Source: a virus. From it: a stretch of 64,000 bases of DNA. The notes beneath the pieces were generated by a model, which saw only the letters and a list, made by a program, of their open reading frames with translations, ran no database searches and was not told where the DNA came from. Location of the stretch: positions 1 to 64,000 of the IMG/VR virus record IMGVR_UViG_3300047476_000577. The stretch is one strand, 5' to 3'. Of this stretch, positions 39,574 through 49,833 are shown in pieces (within the stretch, counting starts at the first letter, position 1; every line of letters starts with the position of its first letter). The translations under genes were made by a program, and so were the position numbers.

Positions 39574-40325
39574 AGCTTTAGGGTTTGTTTTAAGCCTGGA
39601 ATAAATTTGCCGTCTACTCTAAAACTAAAAGTAGTTTCGTCTGTAGATTCCGAACCGTGATAATCCCAAGTGTTAAAGAAGCAAGCCTTTGTATCTACTA
39701 TATGCTTTTCTTTTGTATCTTCATCGTATACAAAGAATTTTTTTCTTCCTGAAGGATTGAACCATATAAAATTCTGATTCTTGTATGCTTTTTTATTTTC
39801 TAATGGAGGGAATAAGTATTCTTGTGCAGTTGCAAGATCGCTGTGTATTTGCCCGTCGACAAATGGATTAGACACAAATATAACAATTCGTCCTATACTT
39901 TCAAACGGCAAAGTCTTAACAAACTGCATAAGTTCGGGAAACAAAGAAATAGCAGCCTTATTATCTTCGCACAGTGATTGTTCAAATATGTCTTTGTATC
40001 TTCTGCTCTTAGAATGCCTTAGCTCTATATACCCGCCGGCCGCGATTACTTTATTAGTGAGTTCTGCAAACCTGTATCTTTCCTGAGCAGTAAGCTGAGT
40101 TAAAGTATTAAGGTATTCGTCTTCTATAGACTTGTCGTCACAGACATCTAAGTCATTCATATCTTTATATGTCTGATCCTTAGTCTTTGGAGGAAAATAT
40201 GCAATAGGTAGTGGACCATACTTTGCAATACCTCTAGCGACAGGAACGAATAAAGATTCTAATTGCTTAGTATCTATATACGGGCTCATATCTATAAATG
40301 GTGCGCCGTTAATACCTTCTATCAT
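39570..40325 (-). CDS. Fe(II)/2-oxoglutarate dioxygenase-like protein
   Basis: GRIVIF...IHSD (HxD)...FNTWDYHG...SFRVDG. Confidence 0.65.
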   Translation of the reverse strand: MIEGINGAPFIDMSPYIDTKQLESLFVPVARGIAKYGPLPIAYFPPKTKDQTYKDMNDLDVCDDKSIEDEYLNTLTQLTAQERYRFAELTNKVIAAGGYIELRHSKSRRYKDIFEQSLCEDNKAAISLFPELMQFVKTLPFESIGRIVIFVSNPFVDGQIHSDLATAQEYLFPPLENKKAYKNQNFIWFNPSGRKKFFVYDEDTKEKHIVDTKACFFNTWDYHGSESTDETTFSFRVDGKFIPGLKQTLKL

Positions 40326-41398
40326 TTAATATACTCGTCTAAGTTTAGTTCATTTAGGAAATTAAGATCCTGGTCTATTGCCTTATACACTTTCCTATAC
40401 CTAAATACTCCGGGTAAGCTAGGGAACTTTGTTTTATTTACATAGTAGTCATAGTCCTTGGTTACTTTGTAAATTAGTTCTTTAGCAGGACCTTTATAAC
40501 TAGCCCAAGTATTGCCTATTTTCTTATCAGGATTATTAACTGCCCATTGTTGCCAATCTTCAGTTTGCCAGAAGTGAATTAAATTATTATTCAAGTAATC
40601 CCAATCTGGTTGAAACTCTGGTTGCTTGTGGCTTAATATCCTAAATTCAACAGCTTGCCATTTCATTGCAAAGTTGTGATACCATAAGTAATCTGCCCAA
40701 GTCTTAATTTCAAAAGGACAAGTTTTTACTAACTGCTCCAGTTGATCTAAGAACCATTTAGTCTGTGTATCGTTATTGATTTTTCTATTAAAGAAAAAAT
40801 GTGCGTAGTTTTGGTAAGGCTTGTTAATAATATCTTCTGTACCGAAGTAATCGATACTAAATTTTAAAGTTAAGCTACCGAATACATTATCACTAAATTC
40901 GCCTGTAATAACTTTGTACTTTTTGTTCAAGTATTGTTCGAATCTGTTGCTGCTAGCAAGTCTAAAATGACGCTTGATAAAATTTTCGTAAAAGTGTTTT
41001 GCTTCGTCTATGCTAGCATCATTTAATATTACCAACAGGCGTTCCTTAAACTCTTTACTGCAATATTGATGTATCAAGCAAGCAACCATAGTACTGTCGA
41101 TACCGCCGCTGTACATTAACACAGGTTGGGTGTCAGGGTCTGCTAGTATTTGTCGCTCTATTTCTAGAATACGCTCAATTGATAATTCTTCAAAAGACTT
41201 TGTAAATGTTTTCCACTTGGGGAATGGATATAAGTTAGTAGTCCTATACGGCAAATCAATAGTACCTGACCTATCTACTACTGCAATACCTGTGTTAATT
41301 GCCTGGGAAAACGTCTTGTAGTTTTCTAATTGAGGATACTTGCGTATATTCTCGTCTGTATAGATATCAGACTGATGATAGTATATTAGGCTTTTCAT
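40322..41398 (-). CDS. Asparagine-synthetase-like (PP-loop) ATP pyrophosphatase lacking the glutaminase domain
   Basis: MYSGGIDST and TGEFSDNVFG (cf. AsnB SGEGADELFG). Confidence 0.75.
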   Translation of the reverse strand: MKSLIYYHQSDIYTDENIRKYPQLENYKTFSQAINTGIAVVDRSGTIDLPYRTTNLYPFPKWKTFTKSFEELSIERILEIERQILADPDTQPVLMYSGGIDSTMVACLIHQYCSKEFKERLLVILNDASIDEAKHFYENFIKRHFRLASSNRFEQYLNKKYKVITGEFSDNVFGSLTLKFSIDYFGTEDIINKPYQNYAHFFFNRKINNDTQTKWFLDQLEQLVKTCPFEIKTWADYLWYHNFAMKWQAVEFRILSHKQPEFQPDWDYLNNNLIHFWQTEDWQQWAVNNPDKKIGNTWASYKGPAKELIYKVTKDYDYYVNKTKFPSLPGVFRYRKVYKAIDQDLNFLNELNLDEYIK

Positions 41399-42024
41399 AG
41401 CAGAATGTTTAAGAATGTGTCTCGGTGAATTTCATTTAGTAGACCCTTGATAGATTCTACATCATTTAATTCTTTTAGCTTACGCAAAAACTTCATTCTA
41501 AAGAACTCTGTTTTTGTTAGCATATCTATATATAGCTGGTGCTTCAGTATAATTTGTTCCGCTGCCTGCTTTACACTACAGTTATCTAGTTCTGCATAGT
41601 CTACTACCATCGGAGCATTGTTATATGCGCTAATGTCGTAATCATTCTTTTGTAAGAATACAGCTTGCTCGTACTTTATCCTATATGTTTCTAATTGTAG
41701 AATATTAAGTTCTTCGTATCGTGCACGTGCTAGATTAATTCTATTAAGTATTTCGAAATAAATCCAACGTTTGTGGTCAACTAGGTTTACTAATGCTTGA
41801 ATAGCAGTTAGCTCCTTGTCCACTAAAGGTCTATATTCTAGTTTATCTCCTACTAGAACCCAGTCATATGGCCTTGCAGTTACTTTGTCGTAGTCTGCAT
41901 CAGCTACATTAGACGTAAAGACGTTAGAGTCTACAAAACTCTCGTTAACAAAGTAAAGGTGTTTCTTTTCTTTGTGAACCATTAGCACTCTGTTTAGTGC
42001 ATTACATAGTACGTGTACCCACAT
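41395..42024 (-). CDS. Helical partner of the AsnB-like enzyme (tail-fibre-assembly-like C-terminus)
   Basis: INLARARY...YEQA...PMVVDYAE...VKQAAEQIILK; paralogue of 57189-57824. Confidence 0.55.
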   Translation of the reverse strand: MWVHVLCNALNRVLMVHKEKKHLYFVNESFVDSNVFTSNVADADYDKVTARPYDWVLVGDKLEYRPLVDKELTAIQALVNLVDHKRWIYFEILNRINLARARYEELNILQLETYRIKYEQAVFLQKNDYDISAYNNAPMVVDYAELDNCSVKQAAEQIILKHQLYIDMLTKTEFFRMKFLRKLKELNDVESIKGLLNEIHRDTFLNILL

Positions 42025-43556
42025 TATTTTAGTATCCTATTTTTGTATTCTGTAGTTAATTTAGTCTTAGAATCAATAACATATTTTGCATCTATCGTTG
42101 CCATTGGTTTGTTAATTAGATCTTTGCTTTCCCAGCCAGTTCCTTGTTGCCATAGCATAAATGCAAACCCGCTTAATTTGTTCCTACGATTAAACACACT
42201 GCCATTAGTATATCTATCTGCAATCGCCCAGGCATCGGCAAGACGCATATCTTTATTTTTCCAATCACTCCATCTAAAGAAAGAGTTGTTGAACTTAGCA
42301 GGTGTTATTTGATAACCGTGTTCATTGGCATTTTTCTCGAACGCACTTTTCCAAAGTTTCTTTGGGTGCATATTAAACCCTAATGCCTCTACGTTAAATC
42401 CGTGTAAAGGGAAATCTTCCGCCATTACTTGGTCTAACCATTCATTGGCAGTGTCTTCCGTTTCTCCCGGAAGCCCTATCACAAATCCACTATTAGTCAT
42501 TACCTGATCTTTCCACTTGTCGTTTCTTAGCCAATGTAATAATTCTATAGTTTTGTCGGGGTGAAAGCCTTTGCCAACTGCTTTTGCTGCTTGATGATTT
42601 AAAGTTTCTATACCAAATACACAAGTTCTGAGACCGGACTCTAGCAGCAGATCTGCCATCTCCCGGTTGTCCCATATTAAATCGTGTCTTAGATATGTTA
42701 CGAACTCTATTTTAAAAGGCAGTTTAGAAAATACTTCGTTGTATAGTGTTTCTACTTTGTAGATACTATCGTTAAATGTGTCATCGCAGAACACATACTT
42801 TGTTGTTCCGAACTTCTCGTAGTTGCGGATAAATTCTTCTCTTAAAGGACCGGGGTCTCTTATATAGTCAAACTTTTTCTTTCCGTTCATAGGAAAACCG
42901 CAATAGTCGCATTTGAATATGCAACCCCTGCTAATTTCTATAGGAAGAACTTCGCCCGGTAAAATATGGTCACTGTCTTGCCATAGTGTCTGGCATTGCC
43001 TGAAATTAAAAGGACTGTCTTCCCTCCAGGCAACCTGATTCTGCCGATCATTAATTTTTATTAGTTCTATGTCAGCGGGCTTGCCTGCTAGTAGATTAGC
43101 ATACTGTACAGTAGTGTAGTCTGCAAAGCCGTGAATGTAAGTGTCTACGAGCTTTGAGCTCATATACTGACTTTTGCCGCCTCCTAACACAATTTTAATG
43201 TTAGGGTTTTTTGATTTAATATGGCTTATTAGTTCGTGACTAGTTTCGGGCGTGAACGGAAAGTCTTCAGTATAACGTAAGTCTCTTCTGTTGTTATATG
43301 TTCTGTTCTCTCCACCTATAGGCTTGTCTTTAATAGCAAATAGAGTAGAGCTAAATCCTGCGAAAAGAGTGTTAGATCCTACGTATTTGTCTACTGCTAA
43401 TTTAAGCTCATCTAGTGTCCAGTCAGATAGAAAGTCTATCATCTGGACGCTATACCCTGCATTTCTTAATTCTGTGGCTATCCTGTAGCCGCCTATCATC
43501 CTAGTATAAACTAAGCTATTAGTAAACTCTGTGAATATTACAATGTCGGCAGTCAT
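42024..43556 (-). CDS. B12-binding radical SAM enzyme (class B methyltransferase-like)
   Basis: N-terminal cobalamin-binding-type domain (IVLGG), EISRGCIFKCDYC, DDTFN, FGIET, FVIGLPGET. Confidence 0.88.
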   Translation of the reverse strand: MTADIVIFTEFTNSLVYTRMIGGYRIATELRNAGYSVQMIDFLSDWTLDELKLAVDKYVGSNTLFAGFSSTLFAIKDKPIGGENRTYNNRRDLRYTEDFPFTPETSHELISHIKSKNPNIKIVLGGGKSQYMSSKLVDTYIHGFADYTTVQYANLLAGKPADIELIKINDRQNQVAWREDSPFNFRQCQTLWQDSDHILPGEVLPIEISRGCIFKCDYCGFPMNGKKKFDYIRDPGPLREEFIRNYEKFGTTKYVFCDDTFNDSIYKVETLYNEVFSKLPFKIEFVTYLRHDLIWDNREMADLLLESGLRTCVFGIETLNHQAAKAVGKGFHPDKTIELLHWLRNDKWKDQVMTNSGFVIGLPGETEDTANEWLDQVMAEDFPLHGFNVEALGFNMHPKKLWKSAFEKNANEHGYQITPAKFNNSFFRWSDWKNKDMRLADAWAIADRYTNGSVFNRRNKLSGFAFMLWQQGTGWESKDLINKPMATIDAKYVIDSKTKLTTEYKNRILK

Positions 43557-44320
43557 TAGATCCTCTTAAGGATAGGGTAAAAAATCATACAAGGGTCAAA
43601 TTCCCACCACTTCTCTCCAAAGTTGTAGTTACCTGGATGCTTGTGGTGATTGTTGTGCCAACCTTGTCCCCACGCGAAATAGCCTAGTAGAGGAACGTTT
43701 CTGCTTTGATCATTAATTTCGTGATTCCTGTAACCGAATTCTTTCATATGGCAGAATAAGTTAATGCAAGCTTCTTGGTGGATACCAGTAATCATCGGTA
43801 GTAGGATTAAGCAAGTTGCAATCTCCCAATTGATTAGCATTGCAACAGCGATAATAGCCCATACAATTTTGTAGTAATGTTTGTGTACGTTAACCTGGAA
43901 CGGGTCGCGTAATAGATCTACGGCATACTTGAAACTAATGTCTTCTGGCTTTAGCTTAAACATCCAGCCTAAGTAAGATACCCACTTGCCGTGAATAGGA
44001 CTATGGACATCGCGTGGCTTATCTGCGTGACTATGATGGTAACCGCGGTGTAATGCTACCCAGAAAATAGGGCTACCTTGCCCAGCCATACAGCCTAGGA
44101 TAGTTAGCACTTTTCTAGTAAAGTTACTCATTTCGGGTATACCTTTGTGACTTAATACCCGATGCAATCCAATAGCACTACCTAAGCCGCTAATCAACAC
44201 CCAGCCTACGGGCCATAGCCACAGATAACTTAAATTGCCGTAGTTCCATAATACTACGAACATAATAACTGCCAGTATGTGAACTGGCCAAAACATTTTT
44301 TCAGCGTGTCCTAATTTCAT
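43556..44320 (-). CDS. Membrane fatty-acid desaturase (Delta9-type)
   Basis: His boxes HRVLSH, HRGYHH, HNNHH and transmembrane helices. Confidence 0.92.
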   Translation of the reverse strand: MKLGHAEKMFWPVHILAVIMFVVLWNYGNLSYLWLWPVGWVLISGLGSAIGLHRVLSHKGIPEMSNFTRKVLTILGCMAGQGSPIFWVALHRGYHHSHADKPRDVHSPIHGKWVSYLGWMFKLKPEDISFKYAVDLLRDPFQVNVHKHYYKIVWAIIAVAMLINWEIATCLILLPMITGIHQEACINLFCHMKEFGYRNHEINDQSRNVPLLGYFAWGQGWHNNHHKHPGNYNFGEKWWEFDPCMIFYPILKRI

Positions 44321-44341
44321 ATGTTTTCCTCTTTATTTTGA

Positions 44342-44349
44342 TATTTAGT
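44342..44349 (-). promoter_or_regulatory. Late promoter motif ACTAAATA
   Basis: Upstream of GAGGA and the desaturase ATG. Confidence 0.45.
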
Positions 44350-44983
44350 TGTTATTCTTATCTTTGTTTGCACTAGGATCTAGACGGTATTCTGGTTTTA
44401 GGAACTGCATAGTTACGATTAAGTCAACAGGCCACGGCTGGCTGTTCATAAGCCACATCCATTGGTCCTGATACGGCGGGCGTGTCCACGCAGAAATCGT
44501 ATTTAAAATAATTCTGTCGTAGCGTTCTTGTCTTTGCTTAACGTGTTTGGGCCATATACGCTTGTGAACTTCCCAGTACTTTAAAGGATACGCCATAATA
44601 TATTGATACACATAGCGTTCTTCTGCATAACTAATGGCGTGCTCCATTACTTCTACTAGACCATTCATATTCCCTGCACTTTCGCATCTTTCTGCTCTAT
44701 TAGTAAGTGCTTTCTGGATGTACCACATATTAGTGTCGGGACTGAAATATTGTGTCATACAGCTATACAGTTTATCTGTATTTTCGTCAACGTAGCCCCA
44801 CATTTTAAAATGCGGGTTATCCTCCATTAGATAGTAATTCACCATAGTATGGCTTTTTGTTATTTCTAAGTGAGGCTTATACCACGGCATCTTATCTAAG
44901 TCTACACCTGCATATGTAGTCTTATCTTGATTCATTAAATTAATTTGATCAAGATAACTAATGTCTAATTGTTTAACTATCAT
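44345..44983 (-). CDS. GNAT-like protein
   Basis: MIVKQLDISYL start, MWGYVDE..KLYS and VMEHAISYAEE pattern; resembles 38893-39573. Confidence 0.45.
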   Translation of the reverse strand: MIVKQLDISYLDQINLMNQDKTTYAGVDLDKMPWYKPHLEITKSHTMVNYYLMEDNPHFKMWGYVDENTDKLYSCMTQYFSPDTNMWYIQKALTNRAERCESAGNMNGLVEVMEHAISYAEERYVYQYIMAYPLKYWEVHKRIWPKHVKQRQERYDRIILNTISAWTRPPYQDQWMWLMNSQPWPVDLIVTMQFLKPEYRLDPSANKDKNNN

Positions 44984-45909
44984 TTTAGGGACTCTATAAA
45001 ATCTTTTACATATATTTGAAATACATTATCGTTATAAGGAATAACTTTTTGCATTTCTTGTTTGGCATTAAAGTTTAATAACTTCAATGTTTCGTAACCG
45101 TGGTACTTAGGCCTGGGTTTCAATAAGAAATGTTGCCCGTATACTTCTTTTTTTATTGCCTGCACACTACGCTTTCCTACTAATTGATTAGTGACTAGTT
45201 TAGTTACTAATGGGTCTATAGCATAACTTAACATTATTTCCGGAGTATAACTAAAGAATTCACTAATTACTGGCCGTTGATTGATGTGTGCATACTTGGG
45301 AACGCTTAAATCGTTGTTTTCTCTAACATAGTAAAACCAACGATTATTTCTTTCCTTCGGATTTTTGAGGTATGCGGCATAGTCGAACTTTTGTTCAAAA
45401 AATACTTCACCGGTTCCTAATACAGGAATAGCATCGTCGATTTTATTCATCAGCCAGATTAATTGAATCTGTGCAATCTGGCTGCTTTGATATTTTATAC
45501 CAATTGGCAAGTATTCTTTGCTTTTATAAAACTCTACAATGTCAATCTCGTGTACTCTATATTGTACATTATAATACTCGCAAAAGTCTATAGCGTATTT
45601 GATATCGTGATCGTTGTATCCGTCTTTGAATCTTAAGATATCTGCTACAAAAGGTACACCTGCTAGTAAAAAACTTTGTGCCAATACTTCGCTATCGACA
45701 CCGCCGCTGAAAAATATACTGAATTTTTCATTAGGGTAAGCATCTTTTATTTTACTAACAACATCTAGGCACTCCGATTTAAAGTCAGCAGGGCGCCTTG
45801 TCACTTTATCCCAGTGCATTTTAAAAATATCCGAGTCGTGTGTTCTATTAGAAAATGGAACACCATTGTATGTCCAATGAAAATGATTATTTTGTGTTAG
45901 TGTTACCAT
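44980..45909 (-). CDS. PP-loop (AsnB-like) ATP pyrophosphatase
   Basis: FFSGGVDSE, LGTGE, terminal RPKYHGYE. Confidence 0.7.
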   Translation of the reverse strand: MVTLTQNNHFHWTYNGVPFSNRTHDSDIFKMHWDKVTRRPADFKSECLDVVSKIKDAYPNEKFSIFFSGGVDSEVLAQSFLLAGVPFVADILRFKDGYNDHDIKYAIDFCEYYNVQYRVHEIDIVEFYKSKEYLPIGIKYQSSQIAQIQLIWLMNKIDDAIPVLGTGEVFFEQKFDYAAYLKNPKERNNRWFYYVRENNDLSVPKYAHINQRPVISEFFSYTPEIMLSYAIDPLVTKLVTNQLVGKRSVQAIKKEVYGQHFLLKPRPKYHGYETLKLLNFNAKQEMQKVIPYNDNVFQIYVKDFIESLK

Positions 45910-46756
45910 AATTAAATTCTGGGTCTAGCTGGGTATCTATAGACACTCGAACGAACCTTCTATCTCCCACGCTATCGGAAAATATTTCTCCCTCGCCTTT
46001 GCGGTGCATAGTGGCCCAATTATCGAAAATAATTAAATCTCCTATTTCCCAGTTGTGTGAGTACTGATATTTATTGCCCAGGTCTTTAACAACATTTTTT
46101 AAAATTTCGTTATCTAAATATTTTTTCTCTGTTCCGTGCTGTTCATACCAGGAGCGAATCCACCCGTTGTCCTGACTAACAGCATTTAATCTTAGAAACT
46201 TTTCTTTAGTATATGGATGTTCTTCTATAGCAGGTAAATCTTTTATATTAGTTCCTACTCGTTGCCAGCTTTGGTATGTGAAATATCTACGACTGTATTT
46301 TTCTTTTTCTTCTTGACTGAGGTCAGAATAAGCTCTTGCCATATTTGAAACATCAGTGGTCATACCTTTAAATTTAGAAGGGAGATCGATGCAGTATAGC
46401 ATTCTACTAGGATATCTTGCAAAGCCGGGTTCATTGGCAATATCTACGTGCCAAGGAATTCCTGAAAATAATCTTGCGTAGCTTTTATTAGTATAGTCTG
46501 TATAAGATCTTCCTTGATTATCAAATCTTGCATCTTCTTTAATTGACTTATAATCTTTATACGCCCACGGCTTACCTAGCTTTTCCCCTAGATCTATTAT
46601 TTTTTTAGGACTAAGGTTGTGCCATCCTTTAAACACTAATACTTTATGGGTGAATAGCAGATGTCGTAAATCACTATTATCGACTGCCATTACTTCGTCG
46701 TATGATAGGTTTATTTTAATTCCTATAAAATCAGTGAGGGAAGTGTAGGGTATCAT
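45887..46756 (-). CDS. TauD/TfdA-family Fe/2OG dioxygenase
   Basis: WHVD...HNWEIGDLIIFDNWATMHR...RRFVR. Confidence 0.85.
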   Translation of the reverse strand: MIPYTSLTDFIGIKINLSYDEVMAVDNSDLRHLLFTHKVLVFKGWHNLSPKKIIDLGEKLGKPWAYKDYKSIKEDARFDNQGRSYTDYTNKSYARLFSGIPWHVDIANEPGFARYPSRMLYCIDLPSKFKGMTTDVSNMARAYSDLSQEEKEKYSRRYFTYQSWQRVGTNIKDLPAIEEHPYTKEKFLRLNAVSQDNGWIRSWYEQHGTEKKYLDNEILKNVVKDLGNKYQYSHNWEIGDLIIFDNWATMHRKGEGEIFSDSVGDRRFVRVSIDTQLDPEFNYGNTNTK

Positions 46757-47330
46757 TTCGTACGTCCATTATAATATGTATGCGATCACTGTCTCCTTTA
46801 TTAGATGCCCAGTGCATAGTTTTATTGTCAAACACCCATAATTCTCCTTGCTCGAAGCGGACAGTTTCTGTGTCTTCTTTACTACCACAACTAAAGCTAA
46901 CTCCGTTGTTAGTTTTAAGTACGATATGATATCTATCGTGCAAATCAAAGTATTTTCCTGGATCAATGTGAGGATATATGTTGCCGCCTGGGACCATTTT
47001 AGCAATATAGCATCTTCCTAATTTAGATCCCGGCAGCGCCAATAATAAGGCACTATTAATTAATTTTCTACAAGCAGGAAGTCTGTACATTGCCTCTGCG
47101 TCTACTGCTTCTAGCATTTTATCTGCTAGTTCTTTCGCTCCTCGGGCATCAGATATAGAATCGCTTTTATGATTCTTGTCGTGAATTCTTAGGTGAATAG
47201 ATTGCCCTTCCCTGAGAGGAGGGCTTTGCTCTGGCCTTGCTGTATGCGGCCCAAACAAGTGATAATTTTGCATAACCTCTTCTAAGGCTTCTGTTACATC
47301 AATGTTACCTATAAATTTAAAATATTTCAT
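46731..47330 (-). CDS. Aspartyl/asparaginyl beta-hydroxylase-family dioxygenase
   Basis: PGGNIYPHID, RYHIVL, GELWVFDNKTMH..N...DRIHIIMD. Confidence 0.85.
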   Translation of the reverse strand: MKYFKFIGNIDVTEALEEVMQNYHLFGPHTARPEQSPPLREGQSIHLRIHDKNHKSDSISDARGAKELADKMLEAVDAEAMYRLPACRKLINSALLLALPGSKLGRCYIAKMVPGGNIYPHIDPGKYFDLHDRYHIVLKTNNGVSFSCGSKEDTETVRFEQGELWVFDNKTMHWASNKGDSDRIHIIMDVRNDTLHFPH

Positions 47331-47902
47331 ATCGTGTCAAATAGTAAGTGTACCCGGTCATCCTGGCTAGCGTTCATTGCAGTGTGCATCGCAGTTGAAA
47401 CTAAACTGTAGAGTTTACCTTCAGTCTCCATAGTATATAACCCGTGTTCAGTTACAATGAAGCATCTAGGATTTGTAATAATGGGAACGTGATAACGTAT
47501 TAGATCATCGTCCTTGTGCCAGCTGTAGCAAGTTTTAGATCTAAGCATCATTAGCCTAATTCTGCCAATCGGTCTTGTGCTAAATTCTCTAACTTTGTTA
47601 ATTACAAATTCAAAATATGTATTCTTTACAGCAGGGTGCAAGTGGGTAAATTTTTCTTTTTCTTTACCCTCTTGATATACACGATTAAGTCTGTTGTCGA
47701 GTCCTGGCTTGATAATACTGCCTATACCATCGTATATTTGATCAGCAGGATCATCATACTCGCCTGTATGCACAAGGCTTAATTGATTGCTGTGCGGATG
47801 CCAGGGGTACTTTTTAAGCAAAAACCCTAGTTCCATTTTTAATTTCAGCTTGTCAAAAACTATAGGATAGGATTCGACATCTATTACGTTATCATTAAAC
47901 AT
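47327..47902 (-). CDS. Aspartyl/asparaginyl beta-hydroxylase-family dioxygenase
   Basis: RIRLM...YSWHKD, RYHVPIITN, HTAMN...DRVHLLFD. Confidence 0.82.
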   Translation of the reverse strand: MFNDNVIDVESYPIVFDKLKLKMELGFLLKKYPWHPHSNQLSLVHTGEYDDPADQIYDGIGSIIKPGLDNRLNRVYQEGKEKEKFTHLHPAVKNTYFEFVINKVREFSTRPIGRIRLMMLRSKTCYSWHKDDDLIRYHVPIITNPRCFIVTEHGLYTMETEGKLYSLVSTAMHTAMNASQDDRVHLLFDTI

Positions 47903-47907
47903 ACACT

Positions 47908-47915
47908 TATTTATA
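47908..47915 (-). promoter_or_regulatory. Late promoter TATAAATA heading enzyme cluster 1
   Basis: Exact consensus, 5 nt before ATG 47902. Confidence 0.7.
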
Positions 47916-47936
47916 GATGCAATACCTTGGCTTTTC

Positions 47937-48488
47937 TTAATCTAGAGCAAAAGTTATTGTCCATTGTAGTGTATGTTGAATCATTTCCGGTTCGTCGTTT
48001 ATTGTAGCGTTTTTATACCACTTGCTCATCGGGTGGTGCTCACTTTTCATTGCACGTTTGAATATAGTAAGCAAACCTCGATTGTACTCGTTAACAGTAA
48101 TCATTGCGCGAGTGGCACCATTTGCTTTAGCCCATTCTAGCTGCTTAGGTAACAAGTATTCGTGTAACAGGTATTGTGTTCTGAACTCTTTCAGCGTCCA
48201 AGTTCTAACTAAAAGAATTGCAGTGGAATCTTTTATGTATACGCCACTAGCAGATATAGTCTGCATATCGTTGCATAGTACAAAGTATTGCCCAGTTGGC
48301 GGGACAAGTCGCTGCTCGTTATAAAGCAAAAAAAGTACACTAGCGGGATTATTTTCCCAGTCAGTGTACTTCATATTAGAAGCAGCAGGATGTTTAGGCT
48401 CTGCTGCTTCTATGGTTTTACAGAATCCAGAAACTAGCCTATAGTGATCTGGATCTTCTTTGTTAATTGCAATTACGCTATAGGTCAT
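47937..48488 (-). CDS. GNAT-family acetyltransferase-like protein
   Basis: [12 protein letters not shown]...LEWAKANG...ITVNEYN. Confidence 0.65.
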   Translation of the reverse strand: MTYSVIAINKEDPDHYRLVSGFCKTIEAAEPKHPAASNMKYTDWENNPASVLFLLYNEQRLVPPTGQYFVLCNDMQTISASGVYIKDSTAILLVRTWTLKEFRTQYLLHEYLLPKQLEWAKANGATRAMITVNEYNRGLLTIFKRAMKSEHHPMSKWYKNATINDEPEMIQHTLQWTITFALD

Positions 48489-49384
48489 ACTGCCATTGCA
48501 GCCTTGATAGCACCGTGAGATTGATAGCCCACTAGCTCGATGTCTGCCATAGTAAATCCGTCAATGTCTTTAATTGCAGGATTTAGTTTTAGCGTAGGTA
48601 AAGCCAGTGTCTCTCGTGACAGTTGTTCTTTAACTTGCTCTACGTGGTTGGAGTAGATATGGGCATCGCCGATAGTATGCACAAACTCGCCCACACCTAA
48701 ATCGCACACTTGAGCAATCATATGTGTAAACAGGCTGTAGCTAGCAATGTTAAATGGGACACCCAAGAAGAAGTCTGCACTACGCTGGTACATCTGGCAG
48801 CTTAATTTTCCGTTGCGTACATAGAATTGTGCAAAACTATGACAAGGAGGCAATGCCATTTGATCTAGTTCGCCGGGGTTCCACGCAGATATAATATGAC
48901 GCCTATCCTCGGGCTTTGACTTAATGCCAGCAATTAGATTTGCTAGCTGATCTACTTCTGTTCGATCAGCAGCTACCCTGACACCACCTAGGTGAGCATC
49001 TCCCATATCTTTACGTTCAGTATACTTGCGCCAGTGTCGCCACTGTACACCATATACACGGCCTAAGTCGCCTTCGTACTGTGCTTTAGGTGTCCAATAG
49101 TCTGCTTGTGCATTAGCAGTCCATATTGTAGATTTTGCATCATCTCGAGTACCGTGCAGAATTTCTGCTAGTCTACGTTCGTCGCCGCTGCCTTCAATGA
49201 ACCAAAGTAATTCCGACACCACACTTTTCCAGGCTAGCTTCTTTGTAGTGACAGCAGGAAAGCCTTTAGTTAGGTCATAACGGCTTTGCATACCAAACAC
49301 ACTGATAGTACCAGTGCCTGTACGGTCTTTTGATTCTACACCGTTATCTAATATAAATTGTAAATCTTTTAAGTATTGTTGCAT
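48485..49384 (-). CDS. thyA: Thymidylate synthase
   Basis: [46 protein letters not shown]. Confidence 0.97.
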   Translation of the reverse strand: MQQYLKDLQFILDNGVESKDRTGTGTISVFGMQSRYDLTKGFPAVTTKKLAWKSVVSELLWFIEGSGDERRLAEILHGTRDDAKSTIWTANAQADYWTPKAQYEGDLGRVYGVQWRHWRKYTERKDMGDAHLGGVRVAADRTEVDQLANLIAGIKSKPEDRRHIISAWNPGELDQMALPPCHSFAQFYVRNGKLSCQMYQRSADFFLGVPFNIASYSLFTHMIAQVCDLGVGEFVHTIGDAHIYSNHVEQVKEQLSRETLALPTLKLNPAIKDIDGFTMADIELVGYQSHGAIKAAMAV

Positions 49385-49833
49385 CTTAACCAAGTCTCAA
49401 ATGCGAGCTCTGCTTTTACGGTACATTCATTAAACGTAAAATTATCTAGCAAAGCTTCTGTATCAATGAAAGTATCGCATTGATAGTCACTAGAAAAACG
49501 TGTAACGTACACAGTGTCTATCCTGTCGATAAACGACTGTATCAATTTAGCACCGCCTATTACTACTGCATCTGCAGGTATAGCAGGGTCGTCTATTGAT
49601 TGTACTGTAATAACACCGGGTATGTCAATAGGCTTGCTAGTGACTATAATGTTTGTTCTATTAGGTAATGGCTTAGGGAAAGCAGGATCGTCCCAAGTCT
49701 TGCGGCCCATTACTACTGTTTTGCCTAATGTGTGTTGTTTAAACCAAGCAAAGTCTTCTTTATTTTTTGGCCAAGGTAGTGTACCGTCTTTGCCGATCCC
49801 GCCATTAGAATCGACTGCAAATATAGCCTTCAT
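49369..49833 (-). CDS. folA: Dihydrofolate reductase
   Basis: [38 protein letters not shown]. Confidence 0.95.
   Translation of the reverse strand: MKAIFAVDSNGGIGKDGTLPWPKNKEDFAWFKQHTLGKTVVMGRKTWDDPAFPKPLPNRTNIIVTSKPIDIPGVITVQSIDDPAIPADAVVIGGAKLIQSFIDRIDTVYVTRFSSDYQCDTFIDTEALLDNFTFNECTVKAELAFETWLRCNNT

Noticed and set aside
48485-49384. thyA as a dCMP hydroxymethylase for DNA modification, or as an intron host
   Set aside because: Keeps the dUMP-specifying Asn (GVPFNIASY), pairs with folA, and is uninterrupted
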